From a virus (lineage: Duplodnaviria; Caudoviricetes): a DNA stretch of 64,000 nt. The stretch covers positions 1-64,000 of IMG/VR virus record IMGVR_UViG_3300028805_000057; one strand, written 5' to 3'. The first letter of the stretch is position 1, and every line of letters starts with the position of its first letter. The notes beneath the pieces were generated by a model. That model was not told the origin of the DNA. It ran no database searches and worked only from the letters and a program-made list of their open reading frames with translations. The position numbers and the translations under genes were made by a program. Below, in pieces: positions 55,282 through 64,000 of this stretch.

Positions 55282-55852
55282 TTTAAAGATATTTGATAAA
55301 AAGGAGACGAAATATGTATAAACAATTTGATTTTGATACTTATAATTGGATAAAACAAAATTCAGGTCATGATGATTTGGAATATGAAGTAAAATATACT
55401 GATGGAAATGGAAAATTTGAATATGATGGCTTTATTGATGAAATGATTTATACTAAAGATGGAGAAATAAAACCATTAAAACAATTTTGTAAAGAAATTA
55501 TTCAACAAAATAAAAATGGTACATTATTTAATTATGATAATATGATTCATGAATATTACAAACTTATGAATAGATATATTCCGCCAACAGATAATCCTGA
55601 AGATTTTGCTTATCCAGTATTTTTATGTCAATCTTGTAATTCTCCTGAAGATTCTATTGTTGTAGCACCATTTTATACAATAATTTGTATACCTCGAGGA
55701 GAATGAATGTGACGCGAAAATAATTTATATTATAAAATGGAAGGCCAGGAGTTGGTCTTTTAGTTTGTCCAAAATATGACAAAGAAAGGAGAGAAAAATG
55801 GTATCAATTAAAGATATTATCCTTGTAAATTTTTTAGACAAGGAGGCAAATT

Positions 55853-56419
55853 ATGGATGAAAATGTTTTGATAAAATTATATTATGATTGGTTAGTTGAT
55901 CAGATAGATTATGATTATAAAGCTAGTATGTATGAAGATTTATTAGAGTATTTATTTAATATGGATTTTGTATGGTTGGATACAGTTCCATTAGATGAAA
56001 ATAGAGCAATTGACGGGTTAGAATTAAGAACAAATTATGCTAAAATTATAGGTGAAAATGATGGCGATTTATTGTTAAATTTATTGAATAGAAAACGATG
56101 TTCTATGTTAGAAATGTTTGTAGCTTTTTCTGAAAGATTGACGGGTCTTTCTGACTTAAATGGTGATATGAATGCAAGGGAAAAATTCTTTTGGATGTTT
56201 ATAGATAATTTAGGTTTAAGTTGGGCTACAAAGTATGATTTTGATATAGATATTGTGGGTGAAATTTTAAATGATTTTTTGTCTGGAACAGTACATGGAA
56301 GAGATCCAAAAGGTAATGAAAATCCTCCTGTTTTATTTCCTTGTAGAGAAGTTTATAATAATATGAATTATGATCTATTTATGCAAGCTAATTTATACTT
56401 AAAATCGTACCTTTTGTGA
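55853..56419 (+). CDS. phage protein upstream of the replicase
   Basis: AAGGAGG RBS; DENRAIDGLELR and CSMLEM motifs. Confidence 0.7.
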   Translation: MDENVLIKLYYDWLVDQIDYDYKASMYEDLLEYLFNMDFVWLDTVPLDENRAIDGLELRTNYAKIIGENDGDLLLNLLNRKRCSMLEMFVAFSERLTGLSDLNGDMNAREKFFWMFIDNLGLSWATKYDFDIDIVGEILNDFLSGTVHGRDPKGNENPPVLFPCREVYNNMNYDLFMQANLYLKSYLL

Positions 56420-56616
56420 GGCATTTTTGGGCGATTTTGGTAGTATTTTTGATGGAATTTTTGTCTTATTTTTGTAGGTAAAAATAACATTAAAAAAATC
56501 TTTATGAAAAAGACACTTTTTTTAAAAAAGTTTTAAAAGTATGCTCTAGCACGATGCCAGAGTAAAAAAATGCCAAAAAATGTAACTTTTTCGCGAAAGG
56601 AGGAATATAAAATTGT

Positions 56617-59600
56617 ATGGATTTTTTATCAGTTAGAGCAAAAAGTAATACAAAAAATAGACATACAATTACACTTGAACCACATATCAATTTGGATGAC
56701 TCAGAAGACATCATAATTAAGGGTGGTGGAGTATATGCAATTTATGATGAAAATAAGAAAATTTGGGTCACTGATATGGACAAAATCATGAAGGTTTTAA
56801 ACAATGATTGGGTTAAGAAATATAATGCAAAAGTTAAGGAAATTGAAGAAGCAAATAAACGTCTTCCAGCAGCTGACAGAAAGTTCATTACAAATGATAT
56901 AGAATTTGATAATTATACAAGTGATTCAGGGTATTTAGAGAAGTTTTTACAGTTCACAAAGAAGGTTGAAAAGTATCATGAAAATATTGATTTAAATCCT
57001 CATGTTATCTTCAAAAATATGGATGTAAAAAAAGAAGATTATTCAACTGGAAAATTGCCATATTCTTTAGAAGAAGGAAGTACTGAATCATGGGATCAAA
57101 TGGTTGGTTATTTGTATGAACCTGAAGAGAAAGAAAAGATAGAATGGATGATTGGAAGTATTGTATCTGGTTATAGTACAAAGATACAAAAGTTCTTTGT
57201 ATTTTATGGTGATCCAGGTTCAGGTAAAGGTACAATAATGAAAATCATTGAATCTATGTTTAAACCTTATTATGCACCATTCATTTCAAAGAGAGTTGTA
57301 AGTAATAGTAACTTTCCTCTTGAATGTTTAGCTATGAATCCCTTAGTTGCAATCGATGAAGATGGAGATTTATCTCAAGTACAAGACAATACAAGATTAA
57401 ATAGTATTGTGTCTCATGAAACAATTCCTGTAGAAACAAAATTTAAAAATCCTTATCCTGTAAAATTTAAAACTTTATTAATTATGTCAAGTAATGAGCC
57501 AGTACAAATGACAGGACCACAATCAGGTTTCACAAGAAGACTTATAGATATTAATCCTGTTGGCGGTGAACCAATTCCTACAGATGAATATGATATTCTT
57601 TTAAATCGTATAACTAAATATGAACGTGGAGCTATAGCATATAAGTGTTTAGAAACATTTAATAGATTAGGTAAAACATATTTTAATGGTTATGTTGCTG
57701 AAGATATGTTCTCTCGTACAAATCAGTTTTTTCAATTTCTTGAAGAAAATGTAGACATATTTAGAAAACAAAATTATACATATCTCGATCAGGTTTGGAG
57801 AATGTATAAGATATTTGTAGAAGATAATGGTATTAAACATTTTCATAGGAAAGCTGAAATACGTGAGCAACTTAAAAAATATTTTGAAGAATATTATTAT
57901 GAAACTCGTATAGGTGATGATAATCATAATCATTATCATGTATATAAAGGTTTTATAGTAAAGAAATTTGATGATGTAATTAAGAAAGCAACTAAAAAGA
58001 AAAAACCTAGAAAGAATGTTATAATTAATAAGGAATATGCTGAAGAAAATAATATTGATGTTGTAACTGTAGACGATGATGTTGTACATTGGTTGAAATT
58101 CGATAAGAATTATGGTGAGTGCAAGTCGAAGCTGGATATTTATCTTCAGAATGAGAAAGCACAATATGCTACAAAAGATGGAATCCCTGGAAAGAGATGG
58201 GATAATGTTGAAACTACTCTTAAAGATATTTCTACAAATAAGTTACATTATGTCCAAGCACCTGAACATCTCATAGTTATTGATTTTGATAAGAAAGACG
58301 AAACTGGTAATAAGAGCTATGAGTTAAATCTTAAGGAAGCAAATAAATTCCCTCGCACATATGCAGAATTAAGTAAGTCCGGTGCAGGTATTCATTTACA
58401 TTATATTTATGATGGCGACATAACAGAACTTAGTAGGATCTTTGGAGATGACATTGAAGTAAAGATATTTACTGGTAATGCTTCATTAAGGAGGCAACTA
58501 ACAAAATTTAATGACGAAGAAATTGCAACGATATCTGAAGGTTTGCCTCTAAAAGAAAAGAAGGGAGGTAAAATGTTAGATCAAGAAGTCTTGCAAACTG
58601 AACAAATGATGCGAAGAACTATTGTCAAATGTTTAAGGAATGAGATTCATGGTCATCACAAACCTAATATGGATTTCATCTACAAGATATTGACAGATGC
58701 ATATAATAATGGTATTCATTATGATGTTAGTGATATGTATAATGATATTTTGAATTATGCAATGGCTTCATCAAATAGTTCTGAATATTGTTTAGAGTTA
58801 GTAGCTAAGTTGCCTTTAAAGTCAGACGAACCTAGCGAGGCGGTAGAAAGTGAAGAAAAAGATTATAATAATGACTCAATTGTATTCTTTGATGTAGAAG
58901 TTTGGCCGAATTTATTTATATTTGGTTATAAGTTCTTAGGTGGAGAGAAACATATTTTATTAAATCCTAAACCCGAAGATGTTGAATATTTGTTAAAGCA
59001 TAAACTTGTTGGATTTAACTGCAGAAAGTATGATAATCATATTGTATATGCATTCTTACAAGGTTATACAAATGAACAATTATTTAAACTTTCACAAAAG
59101 ATAGTTAAAGCAAAGAAGGGTGAAAAGGATAATGGAATGTTTGGTGAGGCATATAATTTGTCTTACACCGATATTTATGATTTCTCAAAGAAGAAGCAGT
59201 CATTAAAGAAATGGGAAATTGAATTAGGCATTTATCATAAAGAGATGGATGCAAGTTGGGATGAACCACTTCCTGAAGAGTTATGGGATGCAGCAAAAGA
59301 GTATAACGGTTATGACTTAGACGCGACTGAGGCATTATGGTTATCTAAAGGCATTCAAGTTGACTTTACATCAAGAATGATATTAGCAGATATTGCAAAT
59401 GGTACACCCAATGATACAGATAACACATTGACTGAACGATTAATTCTTGGTCCTAACTATCAGGAAAGAAAAGCAGCAAAGAATTCATTCCATTATAGGA
59501 ATCTTGCAGAACCCGTTTATCATTTGGATGCAGATCAAGAGGAATTCTTAAAGGAAATCTTTCCGGAAATGATGGCTGAGACACATGGTGAAGCGCATAG

Positions 59601-60897
59601 TTTACTTCCTTACTTCCCTGGATATACATTTGATAAGTATGCAAAGACAAGTATATATAAGGGTGAAGAGATTGGTGAAGGTGGATTAGTTCGAGCAATT
59701 CCTGGTGTATATGGTTATTCCAAAACATTTGATGTAACATCGATGCATCCTCATAGTTTAGCTGCAGAGTATTATTTTGGTAAATATACAGAAGGATATT
59801 ATAATTTAGTTAGAGCAAGAATAGCAATTAAGCATGATAATATGGAGTTCTTAGGAAAGTTATTTGAAGGTAAGTTGTTAAAGTATTGTACCGATGATGA
59901 TCAGAAAAAGAAATTAAGTACTGCTTTAAAGACACCTATTAATGCAGTTTATGGTTTGACAGCTGCAGCATTTGAGAATAACTTAAGACATCCTGATAAT
60001 ATAGATAATATTGTTGCTAAGCGTGGTGCATTGTTTATGATGGATTTGAGAGATGCAGTATTAGCACAGGGTTATCAGATATTCCATATTAAGACAGATT
60101 CATTGAAAGTTATAAATCCTGATGAATACATTGAGAAGTTTATATTAGATTTTGGAAAGAGATATGGATATAGTTTTGAAGTAGAACACGAATTTGAAAA
60201 GATCTGTTTAGTTAATGATGCAGTTTATATAGCTAAGGTAACTGAAAATGATGCAGATTGGAAGAAGGAAGCTAAGAAAGCAGCTGAGAAGGGTGAACCT
60301 GAACCTACAAGATGGACAGCAACAGGTGCTCAGTTCCAGATTCCTTATGTATTTAAGACATTATTTAGTGGAGAAGGAATTACATTTGATGATGTATGTT
60401 TCATTAAGAATGTATCTAAGGGTTCAATTTATTTAGATTATAATGAGAACTTAGAAGATGTATCTCAATGGGAATTATTAAAAGAAATGAGATCACAAGT
60501 TAAGAATAATAAAGTTGCATTGTCTTGGGAAGAAGCTAAAGATAAAGGTTGGACTAAGAGAGAATGTGAGTTCTATAATCTTAACTTTGATATGAGCGAT
60601 GAAGAACTTGAATCTAAGATTAATGCAGGACATAGTAGACAGTTCATTGGTAAAGTTGGTAACTTCTGTCCTATATTAGCTGGTTATGGTGGAGCAGAGA
60701 TGTTATGTCTCAACGAACAGGGCAAGTATAATGCAGTGACTGGAACTAAAGATGTTCGTTGGTTAGAAGCATCTTATGTAAAGGAACATCATATGGAAGA
60801 TAAGATTGATTATGGTTATCTTGATAAGATGTGTCAGAGTGCAATAGAAGATATTAGTAAATATGATCCAAACTTCTTTGATAAGATTGAAAAATGA
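56617..60897 (+). CDS. SF3 helicase - AEP primase - 3'-5' exonuclease - family B DNA polymerase fusion
   Basis: Walker A GDPGSGKGT; primase VIDFD and SKSGAGIHLHY; Exo FFDVE, GFN..YD, Y...D; Pol DVTSMHP, K...N..YG, KTDS. Confidence 0.88.
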   Translation: MDFLSVRAKSNTKNRHTITLEPHINLDDSEDIIIKGGGVYAIYDENKKIWVTDMDKIMKVLNNDWVKKYNAKVKEIEEANKRLPAADRKFITNDIEFDNYTSDSGYLEKFLQFTKKVEKYHENIDLNPHVIFKNMDVKKEDYSTGKLPYSLEEGSTESWDQMVGYLYEPEEKEKIEWMIGSIVSGYSTKIQKFFVFYGDPGSGKGTIMKIIESMFKPYYAPFISKRVVSNSNFPLECLAMNPLVAIDEDGDLSQVQDNTRLNSIVSHETIPVETKFKNPYPVKFKTLLIMSSNEPVQMTGPQSGFTRRLIDINPVGGEPIPTDEYDILLNRITKYERGAIAYKCLETFNRLGKTYFNGYVAEDMFSRTNQFFQFLEENVDIFRKQNYTYLDQVWRMYKIFVEDNGIKHFHRKAEIREQLKKYFEEYYYETRIGDDNHNHYHVYKGFIVKKFDDVIKKATKKKKPRKNVIINKEYAEENNIDVVTVDDDVVHWLKFDKNYGECKSKLDIYLQNEKAQYATKDGIPGKRWDNVETTLKDISTNKLHYVQAPEHLIVIDFDKKDETGNKSYELNLKEANKFPRTYAELSKSGAGIHLHYIYDGDITELSRIFGDDIEVKIFTGNASLRRQLTKFNDEEIATISEGLPLKEKKGGKMLDQEVLQTEQMMRRTIVKCLRNEIHGHHKPNMDFIYKILTDAYNNGIHYDVSDMYNDILNYAMASSNSSEYCLELVAKLPLKSDEPSEAVESEEKDYNNDSIVFFDVEVWPNLFIFGYKFLGGEKHILLNPKPEDVEYLLKHKLVGFNCRKYDNHIVYAFLQGYTNEQLFKLSQKIVKAKKGEKDNGMFGEAYNLSYTDIYDFSKKKQSLKKWEIELGIYHKEMDASWDEPLPEELWDAAKEYNGYDLDATEALWLSKGIQVDFTSRMILADIANGTPNDTDNTLTERLILGPNYQERKAAKNSFHYRNLAEPVYHLDADQEEFLKEIFPEMMAETHGEAHSLLPYFPGYTFDKYAKTSIYKGEEIGEGGLVRAIPGVYGYSKTFDVTSMHPHSLAAEYYFGKYTEGYYNLVRARIAIKHDNMEFLGKLFEGKLLKYCTDDDQKKKLSTALKTPINAVYGLTAAAFENNLRHPDNIDNIVAKRGALFMMDLRDAVLAQGYQIFHIKTDSLKVINPDEYIEKFILDFGKRYGYSFEVEHEFEKICLVNDAVYIAKVTENDADWKKEAKKAAEKGEPEPTRWTATGAQFQIPYVFKTLFSGEGITFDDVCFIKNVSKGSIYLDYNENLEDVSQWELLKEMRSQVKNNKVALSWEEAKDKGWTKRECEFYNLNFDMSDEELESKINAGHSRQFIGKVGNFCPILAGYGGAEMLCLNEQGKYNAVTGTKDVRWLEASYVKEHHMEDKIDYGYLDKMCQSAIEDISKYDPNFFDKIEK

Positions 60898-60965
60898 TAT
60901 TTATAAAGTGAGGTGATGCTAAGTGCAGTATTATTCATGTGATAAACAAGTCACCTTCAATGTAG

Positions 60966-61087
60966 AAATACCTCTGTAACGCACAGATTTGCCCGTAAAG
61001 GCCTGTTTGGGTATTTTATGGTATATTTTATATGGTAAAACATGAAATAGGCCTAAATGGGCAAAATATGAGCTTACAGAGGTATTT
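60966..61087. repeat. palindromic repeat, copy 5
   Basis: AAATACCTCTGTAA ... TTACAGAGGTATTT termini. Confidence 0.9.
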
Positions 61088-61231
61088 GACAAAAAAAATG
61101 ATATTTATGGGAACGATAACAAAATCGATATTGGGTGTTATCATATTATAGTTGTATTAGGGTGGGTTTAACTATAATGATATTTGAATACTCGAACAAG
61201 AAAACACGAACAAGAAAAGGAGAAAACAAAA

Positions 61232-61744
61232 ATGGCACAGAAGATTAACATCGCAGGCGCAAGAATTACATTTAAGAACTTTGCAGGAAGACCTACTGAT
61301 TGGAATAAGAAAGGTGGAGCAAGAGACTTTGCAGTTGTATTGGATACTTATGAGGATGTACAGGCTTTGATTGATATGGGATTCTCAGTAAAGTATTTCA
61401 AGAAGAAGGAAGAAACAGATCCTGATGTTCCGTTCTTAAAGGTTAAGGTTAACTTCAGATATAATGATGACGGTAGTGAATTACTTAGTCCTCATATCTA
61501 TATGATTAACAACAATAAGAAAGTTCTCATCACTCCTCAGACAGCTCAGATTCTTGATCAGGCAGATATTGCATATTGTGATATTGTTATCAGACCTTAT
61601 TATTATGAGGTTCAGGGTAAGGCAGGAGTCGCAGCTTATCTTGACAAGATGTATGTAAATATTGAGCAGGATGAATTTGAGAAGAAGTATGAGATGTATA
61701 ATGATCCTGAGGAAGAAGAAGCTGAAGAGATACCTTTTGAATAA
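61232..61744 (+). CDS. ssb: single-stranded DNA-binding protein (start moved to 61232)
   Basis: FKNFAG N-terminus; acidic tail ending EEIPFE; next to the polymerase. Confidence 0.75.
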   Translation: MAQKINIAGARITFKNFAGRPTDWNKKGGARDFAVVLDTYEDVQALIDMGFSVKYFKKKEETDPDVPFLKVKVNFRYNDDGSELLSPHIYMINNNKKVLITPQTAQILDQADIAYCDIVIRPYYYEVQGKAGVAAYLDKMYVNIEQDEFEKKYEMYNDPEEEEAEEIPFE

Positions 61745-61933
61745 TCATTGGATAACTTGTTTAACCGATGCGTGATATAATTGCAGTTTGGCGAAGACAA
61801 AGTGTTTTGAATGATTAAAGATATTCTGTAATATTAGGTGACATGTACAAGCGAAAAGTGTAGTAGCTTAGAGGGTTTCAATTCCTAGTAAGTGATTAGA
61901 CTTACACAGAATAGCTTTAGAAAAATAATATTT

Positions 61934-62100
61934 GTTGGGATGGCGGAATAGACGCAGGAACAGCGGTAAAATAGTAGACGCGCACGGTGTGAAAATACTT
62001 TCACACACTACGTGTGAATGTCCTGAGATGGCTAGAGTTCCTATAAGCCATAAAACTGAAGCAGGATCTTTCATGTAAGGTGCAAATCCTTACTCCCAAT
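61934..62100 (+). ncRNA. expanded tRNA-like RNA (~167 nt)
   Basis: acceptor GTTGGGA/TCCCAAT; Leu-like TGGCGGAATAGACGC D-arm; GTAAGG-TGCAAAT-CCTTAC T-arm; ~120-nt structured insert. Confidence 0.65.
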
Positions 62101-62389
62101 AATATTTGTGGAGATTAACTTATGGATAAAACAATTTATATAGTAATATTTTCAAGTACATATGAAGGAACATATCAGGAACAAAATGTTGCAGCATTTG
62201 ATACTGAAGATAAAGCTAATGCGTTTCGTGAAAAATATGAAAAGATAATATCTGAAACTAATGAGTTTAAATTATTAAAAGAAGATATTCCTTATTTAAA
62301 TGAAGATTATTCTGAAAAACTTATTGGTAGAACTAATTGTCATTATCTTTGTCAGGCAATGCATTTACTTTAAGATATTTTAGATATTC

Positions 62390-62511
62390 TAGAATACCTC
62401 TCAGACGCACCAGAATGCCCGTAAAGGCCTGTTTGGGGGTTTTATGATATATTTATAGGGTAAAACATGAAACCGGTCTAAATGAGGCTTCTGGTGCGTT
62501 ATAAGGGTATA
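62390..62511. repeat. palindromic repeat, copy 6
   Basis: same core; GACGCACCAGAA/TTCTGGTGCGTT arms. Confidence 0.85.
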
Positions 62512-62939
62512 TGAGGTTTAAAGATATTTATGAAAATACAGAGAAAACTATTAACTATTGAACAAAAGCATGAAATCTGTACAAAATATTATGATAATTG
62601 TGAAGAATGTCCTTTATACTCAAAAGTGTTAAATCATTTCTGCATTTATAATTTAGATCAAGTACAATATGCTATTGACGATTATTTAAATGAAGAAATT
62701 GAGGTATAACTATGTTAGCATATAATGTTCATGTAGATAATGATAATGAAGTTTATTGTATTGTTGCACCTACAGAAAAAGAAGCTATTGAATATGCTAT
62801 AGAACTTTATAAAAAAGATTATGGAACTGAAGTAACTGAAGAAGATTGTAAGGTTATTTGGAACTATGATGAAGATTATTAATCAGGAAATGCCCTTGTA
62901 ACGATAACACTTCACAAGTGAACTGTAGTTCGTTACTAC

Positions 62940-63058
62940 AATACCTCTGTAACGCTCTATTTTGCCCGTAAAGGCCTGTTTGGTATAATTGTGGTATAAA
63001 TCTACCCTAAAATACTAAATGGGCCTAAATGAGGCTTTAAATGCGTTACAGAGGCATA
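62940..63058. repeat. palindromic repeat, copy 7
   Basis: ATACCTCTGTAACGC ... GCGTTACAGAGGCAT. Confidence 0.9.
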
Positions 63059-63231
63059 TTAAGGAAAGGAGATAAATATGGATAATGAAGTTAATATAGA
63101 AAGAGTTAACAAAATTTTAAATTTTGCGATATGTTGGGCTGATGATACTGTAGATTTAATACGTAATGGTTATACTGAAGATGAAATAATTGAAGCAGTT
63201 AAAACATTATTTAAAGAAGAAGGTAAATAAT

Positions 63232-63447
63232 ATGAATATAGAAGATATACAAGAACTTTCAACAAGAGCTAAAAATTCATTAATTAGAAACGGTTATTTA
63301 ACTCTTGAAGATATTAATAAAACTAATTTTTATGATATATTTGCTTTACCTTGTTTTAAGAAAACTGTAAAAAATATGAAAATTATACTTAAAGTTATGC
63401 ATGAAAATGGTTATTCTTATTGGGGAATTGGACATCCAATAAAATAA
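63232..63447 (+). CDS. stand-alone RNA polymerase alpha-CTD-like protein (start moved to 63232)
   Basis: IEDIQELSTRAKNSLIRNGYLTLEDI matches the LSxRxxNxLxxxGxxTxxD pattern. Confidence 0.65.
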   Translation: MNIEDIQELSTRAKNSLIRNGYLTLEDINKTNFYDIFALPCFKKTVKNMKIILKVMHENGYSYWGIGHPIK

Positions 63448-63468
63448 TATTTAAGGAGACAATATAAT

Positions 63469-64000
63469 ATGAGAAAAATACCTACATTATTGGAAAGAAT
63501 ATATGAAAATAATAGAGTTGTTGCAATAAAAAGTACATTAAGTGATAAAAGATTACAAGTTGTATTAGATGGTAAATGTATTGCTACTGTCAAGATTGAT
63601 GGTTCTTGTTGTGCTGTAATTGATAATAAATGGTATAAGAGATACGATGCTAAAGCTGGTAAGAAAATTCCAGAAGGTGCAATACCTTGTCAAGATACTC
63701 CAGATCCTATTACAGGTCATTGGCCTCATTGGGTTGAACTTAATCCAGATAAAGCAGAAGATAAATGGTATATTATTGCTTTTAATAATTATCGTGAATT
63801 ATATAAAATTGAAAGTGGCGACAAATGGGATCCAATAACATATGAAGCTATTGGTCCGCATTTCCAAGGTAATCCATATAAATTAGAAAAAGATACTTTG
63901 TATAAGCATGGTGTTAGTGTTATTGAAGAATTATCTAATAAGCCATTAACAATAGATATTCTTAGAGAGTATTTATATAATAATGAAATAGAAGGAATAG
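63469..64000 (+). CDS. RNA ligase, DUF5565/RLIG1-like (runs off the window end; not in ORF track)
   Basis: MRKIPTL; KIDGSCC (KxDG adenylation motif); KRYDAK; GHWPHW; TYEAIGP..QGNP; HG; EGI. Confidence 0.75.
   Translation, partial: MRKIPTLLERIYENNRVVAIKSTLSDKRLQVVLDGKCIATVKIDGSCCAVIDNKWYKRYDAKAGKKIPEGAIPCQDTPDPITGHWPHWVELNPDKAEDKWYIIAFNNYRELYKIESGDKWDPITYEAIGPHFQGNPYKLEKDTLYKHGVSVIEELSNKPLTIDILREYLYNNEIEGI

Noticed and set aside
10639-59740. Minus-strand ORFs in the track after 10 kb (for example 35495..36058, 57667..58164)
   Set aside because: Shadows of plus-strand genes with antisense-type composition and no RBS
63620-63838. 72-aa ORF in the track
   Set aside because: Out of frame inside the RNA ligase ORF that starts at 63469
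1-64000. Stop-codon reassignment or a diversity-generating retroelement
   Set aside because: Long genes are intact under the standard code with all three stops used, and no reverse transcriptase or TR/VR pair was seen

Overview
An AT-rich, almost entirely plus-strand segment of a large tailed-phage genome, probably from a Clostridia/Firmicutes host given the GGAGG-type RBSs. It covers an accessory/early region and the start of the replication module; I recognised no clear capsid, terminase or integrase gene. Recognisable genes include a 1426-aa SF3 helicase-AEP primase-family B DNA polymerase fusion, an SSB, a truncated DUF5565/RLIG1-like RNA ligase, a sigma-region-4/alpha-CTD fusion, a vWA + divergent PurA-like pair, a dATP/dGTP diphosphohydrolase, a nicotinamidase-like hydrolase, GT2 and GT4 glycosyltransferases and a SleB-like hydrolase. 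The most unusual signals are: (1) about 28 copies of a fixed-spacing motif CGC-N15-TAWWAT-R that heads self-contained cassettes carrying small (often membrane) ORFs or structured RNAs, with the RNA structure starting right after the hexamer; (2) three tRNA-like RNAs and two rod-shaped RNAs with a shared loop; (3) five unrelated proteins ending in [GE]-I-[ST]-W; (4) seven dispersed ~120-bp palindromes with ~10-bp GC periodicity; (5) two homologous stems whose loops are antisense to an RBS plus start codon; (6) a strand-biased AAGATATTT motif seen more than 40 times. All family assignments and counts were made by eye without database searches.
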